Shown here piece by piece: positions 14,343-27,864 of a stretch of 64,000 nucleotides of DNA (position 1 is its first letter; each line of letters begins with the position of its first letter). The translations under genes were made by a program, and so were the position numbers. This DNA is from Octopus sinensis (Eukaryota). Location: NCBI RefSeq assembly GCF_006345805.1, contig NC_043011.1, forward strand, positions 23,200,464 to 23,264,463, written 5' to 3'. The notes beneath the pieces were generated by a model that saw nothing but the letters and a program-made list of their open reading frames with translations, was not told the origin of the DNA and made no database searches.

Positions 14343-14960
14343 TCAAACGTCCCAGCTTTTTTTATGTTGACATAATGGTTTTTTTTTCTTAATATTTCTT
14401 TTAGATTCTTTTAGCCGTTCAGAGTTTACCTCGTTGCCTTCGCCCTGTAACATTGTCTGAGAATCATCTATTGTGGTGTGTAGTTTTATCCTGTTCTTTT
14501 TCCTGTTTCTTTGGGGGTTTTCTGTTGCTGTTATTGCTGATGTGATAACCATTGAGGGCAATATTTCTTTTGTTGCTTTCACTGTTGGTGTTGTCATTAT
14601 TATTGTAGGTACTGCTTCCATTCTTGTAGCAGGGGCTGTAGCTACTGTTGGTACAGTTTCATGTTGTTACTGGTATTGCAGTTGCGTCTGATGTTGTATC
14701 AGTAGATGTTGTTGTTGCTGTTGATGTTGTGGTATAAGCAGGAGTGGACGCCTCTTGTTGAGGACAGAAGGCCTTGGCGTGATCGATGTTATCCCATTTG
14801 TAGCATCAAGGTCTTCTACTCTCCATTACCATCTGCAGTGGCTGCCCTCAGATCTCTGATAGCTTGGGGATTCAGTCCCTTGCTTCAAGTTTCACCTGAA
14901 TCAGGTTCTCCAGACTTATCCCAACCTTATTTTCCTTTCAGAATGTGTTTAGTTCCAGTA
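14343..14960 (-). mobile_element. Decayed Tx1-like ORF1: zinc-knuckle relic and Thr-rich tail
   Basis: The minus strand reads RP*CYKWDNIDHAKAFCP (degenerate CX2CX4HX4C), followed by low-complexity Thr-rich sequence. It lies upstream of, and co-oriented with, the RT relic. Confidence 0.55.
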
Positions 14961-15393
14961 GCATGCTAGGTTTCTCCAACACAACACACCCACCAGAATT
15001 TTAGTTCTGGTTGTATGTTTGAACACTTTACCTTGATTACTCTTCACCTCTAGTAAACTGGCATCAGTTTACGTGAAAACTTTTATTTGAAAAGATTGAG
15101 TGCTTTTGGGCTAGCATCTCCAAGTAAAAATTCACTTGTATACAGCTATACAAGTAGGAAGTGTTGTCCATAAATGATAGATTTACCCTTAAAGCCACAC
15201 CCACTTTCTTCTCTTGATGGTTAGCTGGCAAAGATGAAAGCATGATAACCATTTTGAAACATTTGATTTGATTTGAAAAGTTTTCTTTTTTTCCCCAAAA
15301 TTATGCCCTGTGGAGCAAATAACAAAAGATTGTCAACTAGTTCCTTGCAGTCTTGGTCAGCTTCACAAAATGAAACAATAAAATTACTATACT

Positions 15394-15800
15394 AGGCACA
15401 GGAGTGGAGCAGCTGTGTGGTAAGTAGCTTGCTTACCAACCACATGGTTCCAGTTTCATTCCCACTGCGTGACACTTTGGGCAAGTGTCTTCTACTATAG
15501 CCTCGGGCTGACCAAAGCCTTGTGAGTGGATTTGGTAGATAGAAACTGAAAGAAGCCTGTCGTATATATGTATATATATATATGTATATGTTTGTGTTTG
15601 TCCTCCCAACATCGCTTGACAACCGATGCTGGTGTGTTTACGTCCCTGTAACTTAGTGGTTCGGCAAAAAGAGACCGATAGAATAAGTATTAGGCTTACA
15701 AAGAATAAGTCCTGGAGTCGATTTGCTCGACTAAAAGGCAGTGCTCCAGCAAGGCTGCAGTCAAATGACTGAAACAAGTAAAATAGTAATAGAGTAAAGA
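15394..15800 (+). mobile_element. SINE family A
   Basis: Full unit with head, internal TA tract and tail. Confidence 0.85.
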
Positions 15801-15928
15801 GTATACTAAAACTACTAAAAGCACTATAATAAAACTATACAATTACTCTAAAACATACTCAGCAAGGCAATGAACAATAATAATTATTATTTAGGCACAA
15901 GGCCAGCAGTTTTGAAATGATGGGGTTA

Positions 15929-16429
15929 CCGAAAATCTTCGAGTATAGTCCGCCCTTGAGTATAATACGCAGGGGATTTTTAGGGGGCTGTACCTCTGAA
16001 AAACCTATGATACGCACCCCTTCTCTAACTTTAGTCAAGGAGTTCTACATAACGTCCTTGGTTTGTGAAAATGTATACGGTAACATCCTTTATTATTATT
16101 GTGTATATAACCTAATGCAAACGTGTAGCTTTTTTGTGCATTTTGTTTGCAGAAAATAAAGAAATAACTGTAATAACGTTTAATAAATGTTGTTTACTGC
16201 AAGTTATGGATGATTCTTTTATGACTTCATTGCTTTCAGGCTGAGCTTAAGGTATTTTCGTGCCCAACATCACAAAATGCGTCTGAATAAACATTGCTGG
16301 ACAGCAAATAGAGACTCGGACATTGCTTAGAAAATAATTTTCATTTCTAACCTCGTATATAGTACGCACTAGGGATTTTGACCTTTAAATTTTGGGAAAA
16401 AAATGCAGATTATACTCGAGGATTTACAT
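15929..16429. mobile_element. Non-autonomous pogo/Tigger-like element
   Basis: TA-flanked degenerate TIRs: TACCGAAAATCTTCGAGTATAGTCCGC and GCAGATTATACTCGAGGATTTACATTA. Confidence 0.55.
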
Positions 16430-17138
16430 TATATTATCAACCCTCAAAGGATGAAAGACAAAGTGACTGGAATAAAAACAACCAAACACATACTTGATTT
16501 TAAAATATGTATATATATATATATAAATCTTTATTTCATATTAATTATTATTTACACTCAATTTTTTTTTAAATAGGAATCAGAAAAATATATTTTTTCA
16601 GATTTTTTGTTTTTGTACTAGGATGAATTTGAAAGTGAAAGATGGGTCGTAATTGTTATACATTTACATATAAAGATCTGTGTGGGAAAAAAAAAATGTT
16701 TTTGAAAGGAAAAAAATGATGGAAACAACAGAAAAAAAATCCTACAACATACAATAATGACTCATTTACAAATGTTGTGCTGATGATGTGTAAGCAAGGA
16801 AGACAATTTTCCTATCTCGTGTTATTGGGATTGATAAAATTAGAGAAATTAAAAATAAAGCAGACACCTTGTGACATTATACATAATATAATAGCTATAG
16901 TAGTAGTAGTAGTAGTAATAATAATGGTTTCAAATTTTGTCACAAGGGCAACAATTTTGGGGGAGTGGATAAGTTGATTGTATTGACCCCCAGTACATAA
17001 CTAGTACTTAATTTATTGAACTCGAAAGGATGAAAGGCAAAGTCGACTTTGGCAGAATTTGAACTCAGAACATAGTGATGGGCGAAATACTGCTAAGCAT
17101 TTTGTCCAGCATGCTAACAATTCTGCCAGCTCACAGCC

Positions 17139-17190
<52 letters not shown>

Positions 17191-17770
17191 TGATGATGAT
17201 GACAATGATAATAATAATTGTTTCTACTATAGGTATAAGGCCTGAAAGGCCTTATACCTATAGTAGAAACTCCAACATCGCTTGACAACCGATGCTGGTG
17301 TGTTTACATCCCCGTAACTCAGCGGTTCAGCAAAAGAGACTGATAGAATAAGTACTAGGCTTATAAAGAATTAGTCCTGGGGTCGATTTGCTCGACTGAA
17401 GGCAGTGCTCCAGCATGGCCACAGTCACATGACTGAAACAAGTAAAAGAGTAAAGAGTATCATAATCATCATCATTATAAAAGATATTAATATGTTAAAT
17501 TGACTCCCGATTCCTTGCTGAAAACATTTATAACCATTGAAGCGGATTGCTATTAGCAATTGTACTTTTGAACAGATGTAATATTTTGTTATATTGCAGG
17601 AAAGAATTTCTGTTGATCCTTAATAGAATATATAAAATGAATTAGTCTGGAGTGTTTTCCATTCAAGGAAACTTAACAGTTGATGTTTATATTTACAAAA
17701 GTCTATTACAAAACAGTAACAATACATAGGATCATATATAGACGGGTATACACATGTGCGTGCACGTACA

Positions 17771-17849
<79 letters not shown>

Positions 17850-20219
17850 TTTAAGTGTGTGTGTGTGTATATATATATATAAATAAATGTATGTGTGCAC
17901 ATAGGAACTGGCAAAATTTACAATGCACAAATGTGCATGTGTGCATGTATGCATGTGTTTGTGAAAGAAAGTATAACTTTCTATTGTATTCATTTTTGAA
18001 TAATACTGAATGCAAGTTGTTTAAGTTAAATGCATATATTTTACTCATACACACGTACGTAAGAGGTCCAGAAAAAAACCCCTCCGAAAAAACACAAAGA
18101 AAAAAAACCCCAAAAAAAAACATAAACACGAAACGCAAACAAAAAAAAAAACAAAACAAATCTTAACACTCCATACTACACATTGACCATATTGACCAAT
18201 CTTGCAATTTCTTTTCTGTCCCCCCCACCCCGCAAGACTAGTTTTTATATGCATAGAAATATATTAGGTGTAGACATGTAATAACTTGAGTATGCATGTC
18301 CTTTACAAAATAAAATGTGATTATTGAATATTGTAAATCAAACATTATTATGTTATAATATATGTTGGTACAGAAAAGATTATATAAGCTCCATGGAGAC
18401 ATACTTGAAGAATAAAATAACTTTTTTATCCTTCTTTCATCATAATTGCTTTTGTACTGAGTTGAAGCTGTTGTGTAAGATTTTGACTTCTCAGATCCTC
18501 TTCAGTTTTACAGGATTATTTATAGAGAAAAACATAGAGTATTGTTTTTTTTTTCCCATTACTCCTGTCTAACTGGAAGATTTGAGTATGGTACAACTCA
18601 GTTAATGATAGTTCCAACAACAGAAAGCTGCACCAACTCATGGAACCTATTTACAACTGGGTAAATTGAATCAGTGAACTTAAGTGCTAGTGTACAGCTT
18701 CCAACCTGTTGAACCCTTTGACTAAAAAATTCAGCTTTCTGTGACTACATCACTCTTGGTGATGTCTTAAAATTTTCTCAAAATTTAAATCTTCATAATT
18801 TTTGCATGGTCTGACACAAAATTTATTAAGTGTTCACGTTTTTAAACTGTCACTCAAAATTACCAATTAGTTTGCAATAATGTTGATTGGGAAACCTACA
18901 CAGCAATTATTAATTAACCATTTATTCTGGTAAGAATAAATTATCATGCATTTACGCATTTTTTTTTTGTCTACAGAATCATGGTTCCTCTTTTGCCAAT
19001 ATATACATATATTCATTACAAGTTGTAATTAATGTATTATTAACATTTAACTTGCTAACGTGTTACCAATAGTTTTGGATTTAACATTGTTATTAGCCAT
19101 ATAAAGTTCTATCCTGGACTCAACATTAATCAAAATTTTTAACTCTGAACCAAAAAATTATAGGACTTATTTCATAGCATCTGGAAAATTTTTCAGTTGT
19201 AGAGACTTATTGGTGTCTTTTGTAAACAGAATATATGTTCTGTTTACAATACTAAATAAGAGAGGTTTCTTTTGCAAGTTATTTTATCACATGAAAAAAC
19301 ATGGAATTTTTCTCTTCTTTATTCCTGTTAAGATCTTAAGTAATTATATAGCTGAGGGGGTTCACTTCTAAGTAGTCAGTCAAATATTTATAGCTTGATG
19401 CAGGAATTATATATTTTTGCAATATAATTTAAGCTAACATAGCAGAAAATAGATACTCTTACAAAAGAAGAGAAAGCAAGTGGGTAACACATTTAGCACC
19501 CAATGATTGAGAAATCAATGAATGTGAAATTGTAGGAAAAGATAAAGTACAACAACTGCTTGCATCTCAACATAGATGATATCAAACAGCAATTTTGAAC
19601 TTAAATAGGAGCATTTTTCTCATACATCATTTCTGATGCCAATTGATTTCTCTGTCTTGGTGTCATCTTGTCATAATGATGTTAATAAAAATCACATTCC
19701 TTTTACAATCAGTTCAATCATTTACAACTGTTTGAAATGAGTTTGTGATTGTTAATACTTATAAGAATCATCATCAATGCAACAATTGAATCCATAATAC
19801 AAAAAACAGGTTGATAACTATCAACTTGGCAGGGATAATATGGAAACCAATTTCATTGCAACAAGCAACAGAACAACTTAATATATAAATTAAGTTATTC
19901 TTCTCTTTTCCACACCAAAGAAAAATTTGAAAATTGTATTCTTGAAACATATGCTTCAAATTCTGTAAGACAAAAAATTTTTTTTGTTGTTGAATGGAAA
20001 CAATTTTTTGAAGTAAATAAAAAAAAAAATGATATTCTGATGAGTCCATAAAGCTGATTTAGTGTTAATAATTGCAGCTTTCTAATAATATTGAAAGTAT
20101 CATAGGTTCAAATCATCATAAGCAAATCAATTTTTACTTATTTATATGAGTGAATAAAATCTTTTTAAAAGACATTCATGAATAACTACATTTAAATAAC
20201 CAGTGAAAACTCCAAATTA

Positions 20220-20557
20220 TTAAATATTTTTACATCCAGGTGAACAGTGACTCGCAGGACAATATCCCATCCTACAATTATTAATACACCATGTAGGTAT
20301 TCCTGGAACTCTTCTCCAGACACCAACAGCCTGACATTTCCGTGTTTTAATTGTGGTTCTTCTTGTTGGTGCTTGTGTTGGTGTTGTTGTTGCTGCTTCT
20401 GTTGTTGTTGTTGCTGTCTTTGCTGTTGCACTAAACTTCGAGCTGTACCAGCTATCAGTTTCAGCTTTTGTAGGTTCATCTGCTTCTAGACTGGTAGTCG
20501 TACCAAGGCTGCTTGTCAGAATTCGAGTCCATTTGCCTAGTGTTGTCAGGGATGCAT
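20220..20557 (-). CDS. AA15-type LPMO, coding exon 4 (Thr-rich linker and C-terminal 6-Cys module, stop)
   Basis: Acceptor CATCAG|AT at 20558 is phase-1 compatible. Encodes DASLTTLGK...TTTPTQAPTRRTTIKTRKCQAVGVWRRVPGIPTWCINNCRMGYCPASHCSPGCKNI*. Total CDS is 189+418+240+338=1185 nt (394 aa). Confidence 0.82.
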
Positions 20558-23500
20558 CTGATGGGTACAGAGATTTAAAAATAAAATTAAAAAAATATAG
20601 AGTGTAAGAGATAGATAGGTAAGTTGTTTTTGTATTTGGCATGATGTAGATATTTCTAGATGAGTTATAGATACTTAGAAATATTAATCACACAGGAAAA
20701 TGAGAAACAATATGAAAGGGAAAGAAATATTAATATAATACAATAAGATAGCAGTAATAGATTAATAATATAATAAATGGTATTTAGTGTAGAAGTGATC
20801 AAAGAAAGATATGGGATGATTGATTAGAATTGACCAAATATAGTTGGAAATATTCAAAGAAATAATTATCTACTGACACATTTAGGAAAGGGTAAAAAAT
20901 ATAAAAGTATATGAGCAAATTTTATATGTGCTAGCAAAGACAATTCTGGTCATGTCCTAGTCTTATTGTAGTCTTCTCAGGAAAGCACCGCCTTCACTGT
21001 GTGTGCAAAATGAGTCATCAATGAATCACTAAATAAATATTGAAGATCATACATAGGCATAAGAAAATTGTATGGTTTGGAAAATATATAATCCAGAGAA
21101 GTCTAGAATTAGCGACTCTACGAGACAATTTGTCCTACACTATTTCACTCTTACTAACCTTAATTCTGTTCTCTTACAACATCATTCTATCGCAATCTGT
21201 GGCTTACTGCTAAGGGAGCAAACTATACATCTATCTTTACTTTGCATGCTCTCGGATTTTTATAACCTGCCCGTCGAAGTAAGGTATTTTCAATGTAACG
21301 GTAAAAATAAATATTTTCTTAAAACTTCATGCATTGTTCATCTTTCACACCTACAACATGTTGCTATAACAACAAATTAATATCATTACATATTTATATC
21401 ATCATCATCATCATCATTTAATATCCATCCTCCATGCAATGGGTAGGATGGATGACAGGAGCTGGCCTAGGTTAAACAACTCCAAACATGTTTCAGCCTT
21501 AGCTTTTTAATACTGTATGCATTGAATAACTCTACCTACCGTTTATCATGCAGATAGTGTCATTGAATTATTTATTCTCTGATCAATACAATTTTTGATA
21601 TTGTGGTATATTTGCATGTATTATTTATCATGAAATTAAACTTGATGACACATGCTGCCTACATAAAACTGACGTTTTTAATAGCCTTTGATATAATGAA
21701 CAAACTAGAATACATCTCCGCCCTCAATAACATTCAACAACATTTATGATTAGTTGAGCTAATAACATTGGAGCCAACTGTTTACGTTTCAAAAACTCAA
21801 ACAGTGTGAAACTCTAGCCAGATACCACACTGGACAAGAAGTGGTCAAAGGAAAATATAAGGGTACAAAAGGAACTGGTGAGCGAGCTGTAGACCAGCAA
21901 GGGCAACTTTCTCTGAGAAGTGGGCCACATAAAACATGCATCATCATAATTGCTAAAATAATTCAAGGTAATTGTTCAAGAGGTGTGCCATTCAGGAAGA
22001 CCCAGAGACCATGAATACTGTGTAGTGACATTTACGACTTGTCAATACTTGATGGGATAATGAAGTGCTCTCATCAAGAACAAATATTACAGAAGCATAT
22101 TACAGACTGCATCATAAAGAGTTTCTTTTATCTTCCCAGCTAAGATTCAAACTAGCCTTTTTTCTCATTATCCTTACTGATTCCTGATTTATATTTAATT
22201 TACACTTTGATACATTAAGTCAGTTCAAAAATATATATTTTTTAATTTTGTGTGTATTTCTTTCGGTTAATTTGAATAAAAAATGTTAACCTCTTTGTGG
22301 TAGTCTTGGTTATTTAGAGTTACCATGGTTACGTATTAAGCAAGTTAATGTATACTTTACTTCAATATCTCTAATGTTTTTGCTCTTGTCAATATTGTCA
22401 CGGGAATGAGTGTCAACACACTTAACACATTGATAGAATATCTTTATCAGAAATTTGTCACGATTTGTAACTGCTTACGATTATGTGGTATTAGTTTCAT
22501 TAGAAGTTGTTGCCATTGACATCGTCTTTACCATCATCACCAACATCCAACATTTTAATGCAGTCAGATTCAAATTAGTGTTAGTTTCTTTCTGCTCTAA
22601 TTAGTTTTGTAACTTATTACAGTATTTATGAACATATCCATTTCGGAGCCCTGTTCGTTAAACAGATTGTTCGTCAGATAAGTAACTGAAATACATATAA
22701 ATAGAGGTAAACCGTTCCAAGATACAGCTAAACTCCACATAACGACATGAAAGGATGTTTTAGTTGTTCATCAATAGCAAATACATATATATCTGCTCGT
22801 ATGGGCGTATTTTCCCCCTTTTTGTCTTGATTCTGTCGAATCATGGTTATGGTTTAAAAAGAAAATTTAAATCAGAAATGAGAAATTTTATTTTTGATAT
22901 AAAATATGAAAATTTGCAAGCTATATGAAATGTGTACATGAACGTTAACTAAACATTTGTATACACTCTCACAGACACTTATATGCGTGCTTAGTCTAGC
23001 CGTAGTTTGTTCAAATTTCAACTCATTGGCTGAATATAAATTTCACCAGAAAAACTGTTCGCTATACAGTTTGTTCATTTGAGGTACCGTTTATATATGC
23101 ACTCTCAGAACTTACATGTGTGTTTAGTTTTCTCGTGGTTTTCGTGGTTTGTTGTTCACATTACAGCTCGCTAGGGTCCCACTCAGTTATGCGTATGCGC
23201 TGTTTGTTCGTCGTTCGTAGATCAAATTTCAACTCGTTATGCGAGTTTAATTTCCTCCAGAAAGCAACGTACATTATTCAGTTTGTTTGTTTAGAGAACT
23301 GTTCGTATGCAGTCTTGTACTCTCTAGTCATTCTATATTGTAAAGTTATAAGAGAAGACTGAGCTCTGTTATTATTGACAACGCTACTAAATGCTATTCG
23401 ACGTAAATGCATTCTGTCGACTATTGAACTTTGACCTGCTGTCTGCTTCATCCTTCAAAGTAGTAAAAATGGCAAACATGGTATTTAAGTATTTTCCCTA

Positions 23501-23617
23501 AAGTTTTATGTACCCACTCCTTTTCCAATGAATTTTCAAGAAAAAAAGTTTCGTGAATTTATAATTAATTATTTTCACTCTTCTCTCTCTCTCTGTATAT
23601 ATATATATGTATATATA

Positions 23618-23671
<54 letters not shown>

Positions 23672-23678
<7 letters not shown>

Positions 23679-23708
23679 TCTCGGACATGCAAGCTCCATT
23701 TAGCGGGC

Positions 23709-23743
<35 letters not shown>

Positions 23744-23820
23744 ATATATATGCCAGAGCAGTTTTCCGCCCCGACATCCGAAACTCGGAGTTTTATTATG
23801 GCAAGCAAATAATTGTCACG
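23672..23820. mobile_element. Tiny PLE relic in LPMO intron 3
   Basis: 23672-23708 (-) encodes CPLNGACMSETI and matches about 61905-61940. 23750-23820 (+) matches the hammerhead region at 60601-60670. Confidence 0.6.
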
Positions 23821-24142
23821 TATTATACTACAGATTATATATATATGTGTGTGTGTGTGTGTTTGTCCCCCAACATCACTTGACAACCGATATTGGTGTG
23901 TTTACGTCTCCGTAACTTAGCGGTTCGGCATAAGTGACCGATATAATAAGTATTAGGCTTACAAAGTCCTGGGATCGATTTGCTCGACTAAAGGCGGTGC
24001 TCGAGCATGGCCACAGTCAAATGACTTGAAACCAGTAAAAGAATAAAAGAATATGCACCCATTTATCCAAACATACATATATGTGTGTGAGCCTGTTTGA
24101 GTGTGTGTGTGTATGTGTGTATGCATGTAAGAATCTGTATGT

Positions 24143-24465
24143 GAGGGCGCGTGGCTTAGTGGTTAGGATATTCGGCTCATGATCGTAAGGTTGTGAGTTC
24201 GATTCCCGGCGACGCGTTGTGTCCTTGAGCAAGACACTTTATTTCACGTTGCTCCAGTCCACTCAGCTGGCAAAAATGAGTTGTACTTGTATTTCAAAGG
24301 GTCAGCCTTGTCACTCTCTGTGTCACGCTGATTATCCCCGAAAACTACGTTAAGGGTACACGTGTCTGTGGAATGCTCAGCCATTTGCACGTTAATTTCA
24401 CGAGCAAGCTGTTCCGTTGATCGTATCAGCTGGGACCCTCGTCGTCGTAACCGGCGGAGTCTTTT
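24143..24465 (+). mobile_element. SINE family B
   Basis: GGCGCGTGGCTTAGTGGTTAGG...GTTCGATTCCC head and shared core. Confidence 0.8.
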
Positions 24466-24575
24466 TTTTTTTAAGAATCTGTATGGTTGTGTGCGTTGTG
24501 TGTGTGTTATGTATGTATGAATGCATGCATCTATGTATGCATGTAAATATGTAATGTTTTACATTAAAAACCAAC

Positions 24576-24815
24576 CTGTTGCTCTCCATTTTGTTCCTTC
24601 AGTTGTCGGCGAATTGCTGAGTAGTTCTGTGCTCTGTTCTGTGCTCTGTTCGGTATTTGGTGACTTTGTGGTAGACTGTGTGGATGCAGGTGGCGTTGAC
24701 GTCGTGCTACCGTTCGATTTGGGGTTGATGATAACATCAGAGCAAGCTTTAAATGTTTCTTGTAGCCCACATCCAATGCAAGCCGTTCCGTTTGGAAACC
24801 GACCCCAGCTATTAC
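24576..24815 (-). CDS. AA15-type LPMO, coding exon 3 (end of catalytic domain and start of S/T linker)
   Basis: Acceptor TCCAG|GT at 24816 completes Gly. Encodes GNSWGRFPNGTACIGCGLQETFKACSDV (AA15 motif GNxWG...CG.QETF..C.D), then a Ser/Thr-rich tract. Donor CAG|GTTGGT at 24575. 240 nt, phase 1 to 1. Confidence 0.9.
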
Positions 24816-27800
24816 CTGGATTGGAAATAAAATAGGACACAGTGTAAATATTTTTTTATTTTCATGAAGGCATAAAGAGGAAATATCAGAAACCACGTCG
24901 AAGATCTATTTTGCAAAAAAGACAAAAAAAAAAACCCACAAAAAAAAAAAGAACAACTCCCTTCCCCACAGACGTCTATATTTCTTTGTAATGACCTGCT
25001 GTTGTTGTTGTTGTTAAGCAACAAGACAGGTAAGGGTGATTAGGTGATGGTCTAGGGCTTAGGGGCGGGACACCCCAGACCTTGGAAAAAAAAAGCACTT
25101 TGGTCGTCTTGTTGTAGTCGAGGGCTCTTCGTTGACGCCCGACACCACTGGGAGGTGGCCCTAGAAGTCGCTGGAAATGGAGATCTCCAGGTCCAAATTC
25201 TTAAACAGCGTAATGACCTGCTGGATGTATTGACTAAATCACCTTCAAATCACTCTCGGCTGGGTTTTAAATGACGAAAGGACACAAGATAATCTAATCT
25301 TACATTGTTTAAAGGACGGGTTGATCACGGCTTGCAGACATCTTTAGGCATGCATCTGCCCAGTCAGCGTTGACCTAGGGTAAAACCAACTAAAACTCAT
25401 GCACTAGTTCTTTTTTTACTGTTTTTATTACTTATTTATTAATTGGTAGACCATTTAACCAATTAACTAATTGATTGTTTGATTAATCTTTTGGGCAATC
25501 GATCAATCAGGTTTGTCCAAGTTTTTTCGCCGTCATTTAAGATCCTATTAATGACATGCCCTCTTTACTCTAAGTCTGCTTCAGGTCCGTCTAGACATTA
25601 AGGTGTAGCCTTGAAGAATTTAGTCGAACAAATCATTGACTCCAGTACTTAATTTTTAAGCCTGTCTCTTTTGCAGAACCGCTAATGTACGGGGACCTAA
25701 ACCAAACCGACAGCAGTTGTCAAAGATACGCATACACATGCACATATATGACGGGCTTCCACACAGTTTCTGTCTACCAAATTCACTTAAAAGGTATTGG
25801 TTCGCTGGCAGAAACGTTAGCACGCCGGGCGAAATAAGTACCAGTTACGCACTGGGGTCGATATAATCGACTTAATCCGTTTGTCTGTCCTTGTTTGTCT
25901 CATCTGTGTGTAGACCCTTGTGGGTAGTAAAGAAATAGGTATTGGTTCGCTTATAGCAAAATGCACAAGGTGCTGCGCAGCAAGATTGAACTTGGAACCG
26001 TGTGAATGCAAAGCGGGTTTCTTAACCACGCAACCATGACTGCTTCTGTGTTTCCACCTCAGCAATTTGAAACTTAGAAAGCACAGTTATGGCTCAGTTT
26101 TGATTAAGTAACTGGTATCAATATCTTTGTATCAATAACTTCACCAATGACCCTTGAGTCCTTTTTAGCAGAGCTCCTTCTTTTGCAAGCAATGGGTCCT
26201 GGTCACTGATCTGAAAATATTTTTCTCCTTTTTTCCCATCAACTACCAAGGCCCAGAAGGGAATTACTAGCGCTACCTTTCTTCCTCAAACTAAACCATT
26301 AAAAATAAAATCAGTGTCATGCATTTAGCGTTTTTATCTTGTTCTTGCAACCTCGGGTTCCCAGGTTCAATCTTATTGCAAGTGTTTTGATCAATTGTCG
26401 TTTTCTCTTGCTCCAGCTCGACCAATACCTTGTGAAAGTGAATGCGCCTGGTGTTGTTTGTGTATTCGGCTCATGATCATAAGGTTGTGAGCTCGCTTCC
26501 AGGCAGTGCGATGTGCCCTTGTGTCAGATACTTTATTTCGCGTTGTTCCAGTCCTCTCAGATGGCAAATATGGGTAGCACCTGTAATTCAGTGGGCCAGC
26601 CTTGTCATGTGAATCTCCATGAGAACTACGTTAAGGGCAAGCGTGTCTGTGGAGTGTTCAACCACTTGTTAGTTAATTTCACGAGCAGGCTGTTCCGTTG
26701 ATTGAATCGACTGGGAACACTCTTCGTCGTAACCGACGGAGTGCCCAGTCACCTTCTGAGTGAAAATTGGGTTGATGGGAACTGCATAGAAGTCTGTCGG
26801 ATCAATTGTACCTGTACAATGTGTTACACTGATTCTTCTTCAGAATTACTTTAAAGATACATATGTCTACGAATAGTCATCCACGTTAATTTGACGACTA
26901 GGTAAAATTGAATACTCACGGTCGAACTACGAAGATCTATGCATCCATTCATATCTCGCTCAGGATTCATTATAGTTTGTATTGTATCTCTTGCTTAGTT
27001 ACAAACCGAGGACAAAAAGCTATCTTAGCACCAATTTATATCATAAAAATATATTTCGTTTCAAATTTTGGCACAAAGCCAGTAACTTCGAGGGAGGGGC
27101 TAGTCTATTACATCGATGCCAGTACTCAACTGGCACTTATTTTATCTACCATGAAGTGATGAAAGGCAAAGTCGACCTCGGCGGAATTTAAACTCAGTAC
27201 GTAAAGACGAACGAAATACTGCTGAGAATTATGCCCTGCGCGCTAACGAACTTGCCAATTCGCTGCTTTACATCACTTTCATAGTTGATACCTGCAATAA
27301 CAGTAACATACAACTGACAAGTGTTTCATTAGCTTTCTGGTCTGTGCTTCAAGTTCCGTGCAATCTTAACAGAGCGATGAGTAGTATCTCAAAGATCGAA
27401 TGGATTAAGAGACAACGACACAACCACCACGAAACCTTTAACGCTGAAAGTACTTTTAGAACATGCCTTATTTATATAGCTTCCTTTAAGGAAAATAACA
27501 ATGTAAAACAAAACAAAACAACCTTTTTCAAAAACCTGATAAAATAGGGCTATGTTGATTTTTTAGATCATGGGTGTTTGTATCCCCTTCGTAAATGTAT
27601 ATAAGGACACAGGGAAAAATGTGTCAAAGCCATCAGGAGGCGTTCGATGCTTCCTAGGGCTATACAGCGGTGGTGTACTCCCCTACTGTCACGTTCGTGT
27701 TAGATTGACAGTATACAACCATTCTATCGCCCCACCACCGTACATGTCTCTACGAGAGATTTAGAAATTCAGTATTACTTATAATTAAAAACCATTTTAA

Positions 27801-27864
27801 ATTTAATATACCGATATTATTGCCTTCTTTTATTTAATGCATGGTAACAGACAATTGTACTTAC

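Noticed and set aside
14343-14740. Thr-rich ORF as an extra mucin-like LPMO exon
   Set aside because: It lies beyond the LPMO stop, contains stops, and follows a zinc-knuckle relic. Better explained as Tx1 ORF1.
20037-20060. CTGATGAGTCC in the LPMO 3' region
   Set aside because: No matching GGAC-GAAA half, so probably a chance match.
18300-20219. LPMO polyadenylation site
   Set aside because: Several minus-strand AATAAA candidates (for example 19318-19323 and 18822-18827) cannot be told apart in AT-rich DNA without transcripts.
20192-20489. Poly-Gln and poly-Cys ORFs overlapping exon 4
   Set aside because: Alternative frames of the Thr-rich ACA/GCA codon run.
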